Shown piece after piece: positions 50,273 through 62,396 of a stretch of DNA of 64,000 nt (the first letter of the stretch is position 1; every line of letters starts with the position of its first letter). The translations under genes were made by a program, and so were the position numbers. Origin of the DNA: Octopus sinensis (taxonomy: Eukaryota); assembly GCF_006345805.1 (NCBI RefSeq), contig NC_043016.1:19592001-19656000 (forward strand). The letters are read 5' to 3'. The notes beneath the pieces were generated by a model. That model saw nothing but the letters and a program-made list of their open reading frames with translations. It was not told the DNA's origin and made no database searches.

Positions 50273-50789
50273 AAAGAGATGGATTTCTGTCTAAGTGCTA
50301 GACTTCAATGAAGAATGTAAATTAAGTACGAGTATCAATTTGTTCAGCTAAACACTTTGAGGCGGTGCCCCAGCATGTCCACAGTTCAATCACTGGAACA
50401 AGTAAAAGATAACAGATAATCAAATACCACAGGATGCCAACAATTACAAAGTATTTGATAAGGACAGTTATCGAGGATGCTATTAACCAATCACTGCTTC
50501 CCAATAGACACAAACTGATGAGTGTTATCAGATAACAGATACACGTGCTTCACACAATAGACACCGTAACTTGGCAAATTCATCTTATCTGATTTAAATT
50601 TTTATTAGAACTCAGTCTTTAGCTTTTGAATACTCACTTGTGTTTTTGTCATCATTAATGCAACACACGGACACACATGCATGCATGCGTGTGTGCATGC
50701 ACACGTTAGCAATTTGTTCTCCAAAAGTCAGAAATAAAAGCGCACTCAGTGTAACAGAGCAGGTATGTTTATTTTTTTATATATCAAAA

Positions 50790-50949
50790 AGTATATGTGT
50801 GGCTGTGTGGTAAGAAATTTTCCTTCCCAATCACATGTTCTCAGGTTCAATCCCTTGTATAGCACCTTGACTGAGAGTTGTTTTTACTATAGCCCCAGGC
50901 TGATGAAAGCCATGTGTGGTGGATTTGGTAGATAAAACTGAAAGAAGCT

Positions 50950-51012
<63 letters not shown>

Positions 51013-51225
51013 TATGTATATGTATGTTTCTTCCTATCTCTTGCTTTGACACATTGTGAATGAGTATTACTGTCATGCAAGCAGTGTCCTCCATTTCTAA
51101 CCTTCTATGAAAATATGTCTGGTCATCGGGAATATCAACTTGGAAACAGGTGAGGGTTGGCAACTGAAAGGGCATCTGGTTGTAGAAAATTTGCCTCAAA
51201 AAAGTATTGTCCAACCATGTATGCA
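50790..51225 (+). mobile_element. SINE with a family B head and an RTE-type tail
   Basis: tggctgtgtggtaag..ggttcaatccc head, microsatellite hinge, then ggaaacaggtgagggttggcaactgaaagggcatctggttgtagaaaat. Confidence 0.7.
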
Positions 51226-51895
51226 CATACACGTGCACACACAAACACACACACATATATATATATCTGTTGATTTGAGTCTAGGACATTTAACTCCCAC
51301 GGACAATAATTCTTTAAGGACAATTAGCCCTGAGGACAACAGATGATGATTTAAAACTTCTTAATATATTGGAGAGGGTAGTTATTGTTGGGGAGGAATT
51401 GTCCTAGGTGGGGTAATTGTCTTAGGGGTGCAATTACGCTGATACGGTTGATTCACCTGAAGTGATATATTACAGAAGTCAACACAAATGTAGAGTTTTA
51501 TTTAATACATTATAAGTAGAGGGCTCTGATTTCCAGTGCTCAGGGTTGCTCTTTTCCAATCATCAGCTGGTAAACCAAGCCTAGTTCTCTTGAAATATTC
51601 ACTGTTTGAATAACTTTTGAAACATGAAAATAAAAGTTTGAAGAAAATGCTAATGTTCCTTTGTCTAAAAACTTTTGTGAATGGCAAATGCAAAAACGGC
51701 TGCTCCAAGTTGATGCCTTTGATTTCATTTCAGGTTTCCACGGTAATTTTATTATAAACATCTTAAACTCCGTGCAATCAAAGTCATAAAATTGCGTTGC
51801 TGTTTAAGTAATGTTCTAAAATAATGCCTTTAATTAATGTTTTCAAAATGAATGAATGGTATATGGACATTATATTTGCATGCAACTGTGCAGAT

Positions 51896-51928
<33 letters not shown>

Positions 51929-52464
51929 ATATATATATATATATTATATATTATAACAACAATATAATAATAAATAAAACATATGCATATATACATACGA
52001 GTACAGGACACCACAAATAAACATAGAACACAACGAGAAACGAAAACATAAAATCAAACAAGGAAACGGACTTTTTTTAACAACGAAAAAACAGTACAGG
52101 ACAAACAATACAAGGAAAATTCCACTTCATCAGCTGCCCCTGGTTCGACTCATATTATATATATATATATATACACATGTGTACACACACATGCAGAATT
52201 ATATATTCATGTATACATATGCACGTATGCGTCTATACACATGTGCATATATAGACACACACCCACACATATTAAAATATATATCAATTAAACCTATTAA
52301 TTAAATATTCTGAAACCAACATTTTTTCTGAACCAGAATGAAATTCAAGGAGGCTTATATTTGCATCAACATACTTGGATGTGTGCATGCAAAACACTAA
52401 TAGTTCAGTTCTTTTGTTCAGGCTACATTTATACAAACTGTACTGCTTGTAAATTAGATTAGTA

Positions 52465-52847
52465 ATATATGTATGTGTGTGTGTGTGTGTATATAGATAT
52501 GTATATATGTATATAAATATGTATGTATGTATGTATATAGATATGCATGTATGTAGATATGTATGTATGTATGTATATAGATATGTATGTATATAGATAT
52601 GTATGTATGTATATAGATATTTATGTATGTATATAGATATTTATATATGTATATAGATATGTATGTATATAGATATATGTATGTATATGTGTGTATATAG
52701 ATATATGTATAAGTATATATATGTATTATATGTATATAGATATATGTATGTATAAGTATATATATGTATTATATATATGTATGTATATATATGTATATAT
52801 GTATGTATATATATGTATATATATGTATATATGTATGTATATATATG

Positions 52848-52878
<31 letters not shown>

Positions 52879-52934
52879 GTGTATCTTTATGCACATATAT
52901 ATATGTTTAAGTATATATATGGGTGTGTGTGTGG

Positions 52935-52980
<46 letters not shown>

Positions 52981-52985
52981 TATAT
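52465..52985. repeat. ~520-bp degenerate (TATG/TA/TAGA) microsatellite
   Basis: Direct reading. Confidence 0.95.
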
Positions 52986-52992
52986 GTATGCA

Positions 52993-53680
52993 TTGGTGTA
53001 GAAGTCGTTGCAAACTTTTTCCATCTCACTCTTATTATTGACCGGTACTCCATCTGTATTCTTCAGGGCTGTCACCTCTGATCTATATAGTACCATGTCT
53101 CTCTTGCAAGAAAAGCTCTGCAGTAGGTCTCGAGATCAACCGCATGAAAACGAAGTTCATGCAGTCAGACAACGTACCAACAGGTTGAATGTTGATCAGC
53201 AGTGATGAAATAGAGGAGGTAAAGGAATATGTCTACCTGGCACAGGAAGTGAATATGTGCCGAGATATCGAAAAGGAGATCTCACAAAGAGTAAAGACCA
53301 GATGGAATGCATTTAATGGCATAAGGGATGTGCTAAAAGGAAGGTTGGACAGGACCACCCATGCCAACCTCATCAATTGCACATTTCTACCTGCAATGTT
53401 AAATGGTAGTGAAACGGGGGCTACAACAAAGAGAGAAGAGCAGAGATTGGTAACGGCTCAAAGAGCCATGGAGAGGTCAATGCTTGGAATCTCATTGAGA
53501 GAGCACAACAGTAGTGAGGTCATCAGAGAGAAGTCCGGCGTGAGGGATGTCATTGCAGAATATACATGCGGCAAGTTTAGATGCACCAGACACATCACCT
53601 AGCAAACCGATAATCGGTGGACCCGCGCAAGCAGAAACAATCATTCAGAAGGCCTCCACGACTGGAGTTACAGCACAACA
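52993..53680 (+). mobile_element. RTE-1-like LINE fragment with an inverted 5' segment
   Basis: Plus strand from 53111: GLEINRMKTKFM..EYVYLAQEVNM..LPAMLNGSET..AQRAMERSMLGISLREH; minus strand 52993-53108: [32 protein letters not shown]. Confidence 0.85.
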
Positions 53681-55339
53681 CCTATTGGTCAGCCTTGGGC
53701 TGGCCAATACCTTATTAAGTATTTTGCGAAATGAAAACTGTGTGGAAGCCCATCCCAAAAGTGTGTATATATTTGTGAATCTTTGTTTTTGTCCTTTATA
53801 TCTTTGTAACTTACTTGTTTAGCAAAAAAATTATATTTCCCTACAATCTGTACAAATTAGTTCCATAAGTTGTCTCAATTTATCCCCTTGCAAACACATT
53901 TATAATATTATATTCACTCCTCCAGAGGTAAGGTTTGTGTGCGTCTGTATATTTGTAAAATCATCTAACATTATATCTATGTCTAATTCATACTGAAATA
54001 TTTACTGTCATGCCCCCTTTTTTTTCCTTCTTTATCTTTATGATTTTTTCAAGTTTACACTGTTAATTTTTCATGCTTAACTGAAGCAGATCCCATTAGT
54101 AGTTGCCTTACATATAGATTTCAGTAAACAAACAGGTTTTTGGTTACTGTCACATGGCAGAGACCTTTGAAATGTAGACCTGCCTAGCCTGTCATCTGAT
54201 TGAACACTGCCACCTGATCTTTGTGTTCCTTAACTAGGCTCCACTCTGTTATAGAGGCAGTGAATTGACAAAAATCATTAGTGTCGGACAAAAATAGCCA
54301 TGACATTTGTTCCCTCTGTATGTTCTGAGTTCAAATCCATCCAATATCAACTTTGCCCTTTGTTATTCTATGGTCTATAAAATATAGTATCAGTATAGTG
54401 CAGTGGATTGTGGCGGTATTATTAAAGCATCAGACTGGATGCCAATCAGTATCTGTTCTGACTTTTTTTTTTTTGTACTTGGGGCCCAGATGGATATGGC
54501 AAACCTGTCAGTATATCACTAGTAAGATAGCACCTGAACCCTTTTCCTGTCCAAAGCATTTTCTTAAGTTAGTTCTAAACATCCATGCTTGTTTACAAGC
54601 TTTTCGTTAGCCCTTGTTTCCTGCATTTTGAGTAATATAAAGCTTTCTTCCCCATAAGTCCCGAGTTATTCTGGTGGTTGAAAAAAAATTGAGAACATGT
54701 ATCGTATGATGCACAGATACCAGGTAAATGTGTCCTGTGTGTCATGGTTACATAGGGCCCCTTGCTTGTTTTCAAGTTTTTAGTTAGACATTGTTTCATA
54801 CATTCTGAGTAATATAAAACTTTCCTTTTGTAAATCTCAAGTTACTCTAGTAGTGGAAAAGAACAAAAAGAAATGGAAATGTGTATCATATCTGATGCAT
54901 GGATGCCAGGGAAATATGTCCTGTGTATTTCAGGTGAGAGAAAGCACAGGTAACGAGTTTTGAAAAAGTAACTGAAAAAGTCAATAGCATTACCAGTTTT
55001 GTATTTTTTCCTGACAATTCCATTACATTTGTTGAGAAGTCACAAGTTGTTTGTTGAATTGATTGTGTAGAAAAGAACTCTGTTGTGAGATTTGGAATAG
55101 GTCCATGGATTGAGGATAGACAATTTAACAGCATGATACATTACAACCCACAAGTCATAATTTATTTCCCTTCCCCTCACCCTCAGTCATGGAGCCCCTG
55201 TAAAAGGGTCCTGAGCACATCTCATCCTTTGCTTACTTTAGTTATTTATATTTTCCATTTTTCTTTTACTTATGTATGGATGTTGTTTATGTATGTGTGT
55301 GTGTATATATATATATATACACACACACTCAGGCATATA

Positions 55340-55463
55340 AACGAAATTTGATCAATAAGTATCCGGACTGTTGCCATAGTAATGAAGCTAAAGCATGCAG
55401 AGTGAAGCCACTTGGCACAGATTGACCTTGGACTCTGCTGTGCATTTGCACCAAGTTTTAACC
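55340..55463 (+). mobile_element. Mariner-like terminal fragment
   Basis: Homologous to 2198-2320. Confidence 0.5.
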
Positions 55464-57454
55464 TTATGGCAGAAACAGTTGTATGTTAATGCAGCCCATT
55501 GCATAACTTCCTGTTCCTTTGTCATTTATTTAATTTCATAACATGCTCTGTACTTCTAACTTTATTCTGAAGGTTATTAGAACCACTTTGCCTAAGTGAA
55601 TACACACACACTCTCTTTGTTTTAAATATATTTTGATTAACAAGTAATTACTTTTGATATTAATTGATATGCATAAAACTTAATGATGTGTGTGTGTGTA
55701 TGTGTGGCTATTTTTGAAAAAAAATTATGAAGTTAAAAAGTAGACATTTTAAAATATTTAGAGGAAAACAATTGTTTCTGATTTTTGGCCAAGATCAAAG
55801 AATACGTTTTGATAGTTTCAAACATAAAACAATGACATCAAACGAATTTTGTTTGAAGTTTTTCCTAATATAGTTTCTATTTATTTCTTTTAAAGACTTG
55901 GAACCACATTTCAAGCTTCATACTGGCTACATTTAATAAAGCAAATATTTATGCCACCTGTCATATTTTTTTACTGATAAAGATACACTTGAAACAGGAC
56001 ATTATTTTTATTTATTCAAATTCTGTTTAATGTTCATCATCAAAAATCATGTATCTTAAATTGCTGGAATTAATGGCTTTCAGTCAGTTAGGTAGATAAT
56101 ATGGCTAGTGTTTAGCAGGTAAATAAATATATAATTGTTTTGGACTGTTAGAGGTTGTTGCTGATGTTGTTAGTGTTTTTATTATTATTTAGTCCTAGTC
56201 TAACCTTGTTGGAACAGAATTTGATCATTGTTGTTGTCTTAAGACTACTCTGTCCAATTTGTCCTTTGTTACTTTTAGATGGTACAGTGTAATTTGAGGG
56301 AGATTTGGCCACTGTTACTAGGAGGTCAAGTGTAATGGAGTTTGTTCATCTGATAGAGCAATTGTTTAAAATATGAATGTGAATAAAGATTATTTTGAAT
56401 AACAAGCAGAAGCTATTGAGATTATCCACCAAGTTTGACTAAAAAAAAAACAAACACTAAAGTCCTTTTGTCTTTTTTATATACTTTTTATGCCTATTCT
56501 TCTAGGCTTACATAGATGAATTTTTCTTTTTTTTTTTTCCATGTACAACTTATTGCTCTTCCTAATAATAATCACTAAACCATGAAGTGGTTCCATCCCA
56601 CCTTTATTTATTTATTTTTCTGTCAGTCAACCCAACTGGAACAAATACAGTTATGTGCTTTGCTCAGGAACACATGACAATATCAGGTGTACACTCTGAC
56701 CTTATAATGCCCATGTTGGCAGAGTAATCCAGCAGGTTTAACCTCGATTATTTTGTCTCATAAAACCAAAACTGAAGCAACAATTGAAAGTTACTTCTTG
56801 TGCTATGGGTGTTTACGTTGAGGTCCAACTGGAATACAACTCCAGTGAAATGTGAATGTTTTTTCTAGAATTTAGGTCAACAATTTTCGAAAATTTTTTA
56901 TATTCACATCACATTAAATGAAATGCTAAAAGCGTTACAGAACACTATCAACTTTTTAAAAGTATTAAAATTGTCTTAAAACAAAGATAGGTGCACATGT
57001 TGCACTTCATTGCAAAAAAAAAAAAAATACACACACCTTCAACATACAACTTTAAGTTATTCAAGTTTTCTAAACAATCTCAATCATTTCCTTACACACA
57101 CCTAAAAAAAAAAAAAAGAAAGAATTTGTGGCATGCCCATGACTTATATGTATTACAGTTGTTCAAAAGGTTTCTGATAGATTTTATGGATAAGTGACTA
57201 ATCATTATGATTAATGCATCCTTCTTGACTTGTTATAAACAGTTTCAATTAAGCTACAAATCACTGAACCAGCAATCTTTCGATATTGGTACACAATGTC
57301 ATTCATGCAGACACATGCTCACACAACTCTTTCCCTTGTGGTTTAGATAATATATATAATAACATGTATAATAAGCAATATATATGACAGAATAATGTGA
57401 ATGCTATAAAGGGTTAAGCTTTTAAATTATCCATATCCAACCCAAATATTCTAG

Positions 57455-57662
57455 TTAATCCAAACATGAAAACAAAAAGAGAAAACACAACAACGCGAGG
57501 ACGTGGAACAAGTATAGTGTTATTGGATGCTCAGGAAAGGAAAGAAAGGAGGAGGATTTAACGTTTCGAGCGGAGCTTTTCGTCAGAAACATAGGAAAAG
57601 GAAAGATCCAAGGAAGGGAAGACGGAGGAAAAAAATCGCCAACGGTACACACGCGGTCACAT
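57455..57662 (-). mobile_element. Solo Penelope-type terminal repeat (pLTR-like) carrying a hammerhead
   Basis: CpG-rich ~200-bp insert with a T-rich 3' end on the minus strand and a hammerhead core, inserted in a piggyBac-like MITE. Confidence 0.6.
57556..57590 (-). ncRNA. Minimal type I hammerhead ribozyme
   Basis: Reverse complement gttt-CTGACGA-aa-agc-tcc-gct-c-GAAA-cgtta-aat: intact core with a palindromic aacgtt stem III. Confidence 0.7.
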
Positions 57663-58217
57663 TTTGAATGACCGGACAAACCAGCCAGATCCGGTCTCTC
57701 ACACCTACCCTTTAATGTTATCCTAAAAGTAAACAGTCTCATCATGAAAATCTGAAAGTTATGAGGTAATGCAGGATTAATTCAAAAGTATGTAAATAAA
57801 TAACCATTATATTTGACTATGTAATCTGAATGCTAAAGGCTCAAATACTTTAAGAATAATATTCTCTACTGAAACCAAACCAAACAGTTTTATGTAGTTG
57901 GTCTACCTGCCTGAAATAGCAGCCACACCTTTCTTGAATTGCATGATATTACCTTAGATAAAAGAAAATGATATCTATCCAGGATAAGAAATAATCACAA
58001 GTTACCAAAGGAACCTCTATGTGGTTGCTCAGTCTAGTAGAAATAGCCAATAGCAGCCAAAATTTCCTCAAATTATACCTTAATACTTTAGAGGAAGAGA
58101 GACATTAGACTATGTAGTCCAAGTTACACACAAGAGAAAAATTGGGTGGTTGTGGTTGGAACCTATTTGATTATAGGCCTGATCAGTCAGGGGTCTGACT
58201 TAGAACTAAACAACATA

Positions 58218-58841
58218 TAATCAGTCCATTAGCAGGAAAGTCAACATCGTATGTGAAGAATTCCACCTACTTCATAGTATTGATCAAGGATACCCCCATG
58301 GAATCCAAGCAGAGGGTGAGTCTAGATGAGATAAATCTGCTTGCCAAAGTCCTAATTGGTGAAGCACTATCGGTGATTCAAGAAGAACTAGTGACAGACA
58401 CCCATCTAAAAGAATGCACTAGTATACCAATAAGAAACTTGATGGAACTGTTGCAGCAGTGGTAGATATACAAAGGCAAAACGTGCTGCCCCCTCAAAAT
58501 AAGGGTAGACGAACATCACAAAGTTGTGACAGGTGGAGATATTGATAAATCAGGTATAGCTGATTATGTATGGAACAATGGAGACCACCTCCCCCCTGTG
58601 GGAAGAAGTTAAAATAATAGACAGAGAACACCACTGGACAATACGAAGACTAAAAGAAGCAGCACATATGCTAGTTCACACCAACCTAAGCAGACCGAGT
58701 GCAGATAGGAATAGCATATGGGAACCAGTATTAAGGAAGGATAGAAAAATATTAGATTTATAAGCCCTAAAATTCACTCCATAATTGCCCATGGGCATAG
58801 TGGTTAAGAGCACAGCTACTAAGTTCGATTCCAGGCAGTGA

Positions 58842-58886
<45 letters not shown>

Positions 58887-59034
58887 CATTGAAAAATACC
58901 TTAGAATGAGAACCCAGGTTCAAAATTTCCCCAAGACTCCTGATGAAGGCTGGAGGGTATATCAGCTGAAATGTTGTGTTAACAACAAACAAGATGAGGA
59001 CAAATATCTGTCAAATGTAATTAATGTAAATGAT
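58218..59034 (+). mobile_element. Internally deleted Penelope-like element with 12-bp TSD
   Basis: RT fragment YVKNSTYFIVLIKD..VSLDEINLLAKVLIGEALSVI..LMELL fused to a GIY-YIG C-terminus (YKG.T..PLKIRVDEH..KSGIADYVW..WEEVKIIDREHHWTIRRLKEA); TSD ctaaacaacata at 58206-58217 and 59035-59046. Confidence 0.85.
58935..58980 (+). ncRNA. Minimal type I hammerhead ribozyme in the Penelope 3' terminal region (CpG-decayed)
   Basis: gactc-CTGATGA-a-ggctg-gagggtatat-cagct-GAAA-tgtt-gtgtt; the 2466-2508 copy supplies gacac pairing with gtgtt and gaaacg. Confidence 0.65.
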
Positions 59035-59144
59035 CTAAACAACATAGTATTCATCATCAGTTTTTGGCTTTCTTGTTATTTCCCCTAACCCTATTCTTCT
59101 CACTGCTTCATCATTATCGTTGTAAATAGGAATACTATTCAATC

Positions 59145-59340
59145 TCTCTTTACTTGTTTCAGTCATTTGATTGTGGCCATGCTGGAGCATTGCCTTTAGT
59201 CGAAGAAATTGACCCCAGGACTTATTCTTTGTAAGCCTAGTATTTCTTCTATTGGTCTCTTTTGCCGAACTGCTAAGTTACAAGGACGTAAACATACCAG
59301 CATTGGTTGTCAAGTGATTTTGAGGGACAGACACACATAG
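59145..59340 (-). mobile_element. SINE B 3' part
   Basis: Consensus tail. Confidence 0.85.
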
Positions 59341-59347
59341 ATATATA

Positions 59348-59840
59348 TTGGGTTGTCCGGAAAGTTTGTGCTGATTTATAGTAACTTACCTTTCAACTTA
59401 TTTTAGAACATGGTTAAATCCATGAAATAGGATTTGACTACACCTCCATTTAGAGCACAGTTTAAGCTATCTATTCATGGAAGAAGGTTTATGTTCCTAT
59501 AATCTGTGTTAATTCTGTAACCCTTTAAAATAGAAGATAAGGAAGTTCATTTTTGGCACTTGATGCTTTGGGAACCACACAAAAATTGCTGCAGCTCGGC
59601 TGTGATGTGTTACCCCACCCTCCATATTCACCAGATATTGCTCCTTTGGATTTCCACTTATTCAGTTCTCTGCAGAATAGTCTTAATGGTAAAAATTTCA
59701 ATTCCTTGGATGACATAAAAAGATACCTTGATAAATTCTTTGCCATGAAACCACCTCAGTTCTGGGAAGAGGGTATTTTCAAGTTAAAGGAAAGATGAAG
59801 ACGCATTGTGCAACAAAATGGTTCATATTTGGTTGATTAA
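59348..59840 (+). mobile_element. Internally deleted mariner (left TIR-like end, N-terminus fused to C-terminus)
   Basis: TA-ttgggttgtccggaaagt start; EDKEVHF..HLML joined to TQKLLQLGCDVLPHPPYSPDIAPLDFHLFSSLQNSLNGKNF..QNGSYLVD*; no right TIR seen. Confidence 0.85.
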
Positions 59841-60307
59841 AAATGTAGAAAGACAATTTTCTATATGGAAGGTGAAAGACGGTGTACATAGTCAACTTCA
59901 AAATTATATCTCCAGTATTGTATTGTTATTTATTTTTATTGACCCCCAGTGGAATTAATGACAGACAAACTCAGCAGGATGTGAAGTCAGAAATGTGTAG
60001 ATTGAGGTAGCAATGTAAAAAATGGAGCTAAAGAAATATAATCTAGTACTCTGCTGTCTCTGTTACCTTCTTACATACAACTATTCCTGGCACATTGATT
60101 TATTTTCAGTGGCTGTAGACTTTGAAAGTAGCTGGGTGGAGAGGATGGCACAGCATTTTTTCATATTTTGTTGGATGTGTTTCATTTCCCACAGAGCTTA
60201 TATCTGACCATATTTCATAGATTTTCTTTTCAGAAACAAGCATTTAAGTTTGAAAGGTATACATTCCACAATTGTGGCCATGGATATGTATGTGTGTGTG
60301 TATTTAA

Positions 60308-60668
60308 TACTCTTTACTTTTTTACTTGTTTCAGTCATTTGACTGTGACCATGCTGGAGCACCGTCTTTAGTCGAGCAAATTGACCCCAGGACTTATTCT
60401 TTGTAAGCCTAGTACTTATTCTATTGGTCTCTTTTGCCGAACCACTAAGCTACGGGGACGTAAACACACCAGCATCGGTTGTCAAGTGATGTTGGGGGAA
60501 TAAACACACACACACACATACAACGGGCTTCTTTCAGTTCCTGTCTCCCAAATCCATTCACAAGGCTATAGTGGAAGACACATGCCCCGAGGTGCCACGC
60601 AATGGAACTGAACCCAGAACCATGTGGTTAGTAAGCAAGCTACTTACCACACAGCCACTCCTACACCT
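60308..60668 (-). mobile_element. SINE B
   Basis: Consensus tail to head. Confidence 0.9.
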
Positions 60669-60682
60669 AAAGACTAAAGCCT

Positions 60683-60808
60683 AGAAGAGAGTGGAGATTT
60701 ATTCACATCCAAAACTTATTTATTGAAAAGTTTTCTACGGCATATATATGTTATAGAAAACTTTTTAATAAAAAAGTTTTGGATGTGAATAAATCTCCAC
60801 TCTCTTCT
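60683..60808. repeat. ~126-bp near-perfect palindrome
   Basis: agaagagagtggagatttattcacatccaaaact..agttttggatgtgaataaatctccactctcttct. Confidence 0.9.
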
Positions 60809-60893
60809 TGGTTTTCAATTATATATTCTATGGAATATTTGCAGTTCTGAATAGGGACAAGGAGCTACCAAACAAGTGGGGATTACAAGTATT

Positions 60894-60988
60894 AGTATCT
60901 ATTTAAACTTGAGTATTGGACTGTTGTGGATAGCCTGCATCTATACCATTTTAGGAGATAATTCGGTATCCACCAGGTTAATTTTATC

Positions 60989-61024
<36 letters not shown>

Positions 61025-62056
61025 CGTTTTTGGATTTGGTTTGCAAGATTCTTTATGTGAGTTCATGTGTTGAAGCATATTCTGTTGTGTCTGGAGAGAG
61101 TCATTCTCTTTTGGTGCCTTATAATTTTACACTCACCAGTAGTTTTTGAGTCAAAACTATTGAAAAGGTTGCAAGTGGAAATTTTACCAGTGAGTGAGTG
61201 AGTGTGTGTGCATACATACATGTGTGGTTAAGAAGTTTCCTTCACAATCATATGATTTGGGGTTCAGTCCTCCTGCACAGTACTTAGGGCAAGTGTCTTT
61301 AGAAAGGAGAAACCATGTGTGTATGTGTATATATGTCAAGGAAGACCATCACTGAAAATAGCAGCCATGAACTGCGATATGGAAATTTAAGGTGGTTTTA
61401 GAGTCAGTTCCTAGCTGCTATTTTCAGCATGGTGGTATCTCATAGATACCCTAATTTATAATTTTAATAATTATTACTTTTGAAGGTTATTTTTTCCATG
61501 CTGGCCATTTGATAAAATCGTTATTTTATTTTAAATTAACGATTTTATCCTTATTTATATAAATTTATATATACTCTTTTACTCTTTTACTTGTTTCAGT
61601 CATTTGACTGCGGCCATGCTGGAGCACCACCTTTTAGTACTTATTCTATCGGTCTCTTTTTGCCGAACCGCTAAGTGACGGGGACCTAAACACACCAGCA
61701 TCGGTTGTCAAGCAATGCTAGGGGGACAAACACAGACACACAAACACACGCATACATATATATATACATATATACGACAGGCTTCTTTCAGTTTCCGTCT
61801 ACCAAATCCACTCACAAGGCATTGGTCGGCCCGGGGCTATAGCAGAAGACACTTGCCCAAGATGCCACGCAGTGGGACTGAACCCGCAACCGTGTGGTTG
61901 GTTAGCAAGCTACTTACCACACAGCCACTCCTGCGCCATTATATATATATAATGGATAACTTATCCTGGCGGATACCGAATTATCTCATAAAATGGTACA
62001 GGTGCAGGCTATCCACAACAGCCCTATTACATAGTACTCAAGTTTAAATAGATACT
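60894..62056. repeat. ~100-bp inverted repeat pair (60894-60992 and 61951-62056)
   Basis: gttgtggatagcctgcatctataccattttaggagataattcggtatcc versus ggataccgaattatctcataaaatggtacaggtgcaggctatccacaac. Confidence 0.85.
61573..61937 (-). mobile_element. SINE B (young, with a small internal deletion)
   Basis: Consensus head; CpGs retained. Confidence 0.9.
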
Positions 62057-62396
62057 GAAAGAAGCCTACCATATATGTGTGTGTATGTGTGCATGAGTGT
62101 GTTCATGTCTTTTTTTCTTGACACTGTGAACAAACATTAGCACCATAAAAGCAAGACATCCTACAGTATGTGAAAATATATCTGGCAAATTATACTGTTC
62201 ATTTTGAAGGACTATGGGTAATATTGCCTTACTTTGAAACAGGTGAAGTTGGTGACAAGAAAGGAGGTGCAAGCCTGAGTGAAGGGACAGTCGGTGCAAT
62301 AACCTTATGCACAGGCATTGCTGACATTTTGTGTGGCCAATGGTCAGTGATGGTTTTCCTTGACATATGAGGACAGCAATCATGTATGCATTGTTT

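Noticed and set aside
51640-51745. Short open frames ending at a possible donor acg|gtaatt
   Set aside because: Weak donor, no recognisable protein, upstream stops
52691-53041. Y/I/M/C-rich ORFs (also at 21554, 34875 and 40315)
   Set aside because: Translations of (TA)n/(TATG)n microsatellites
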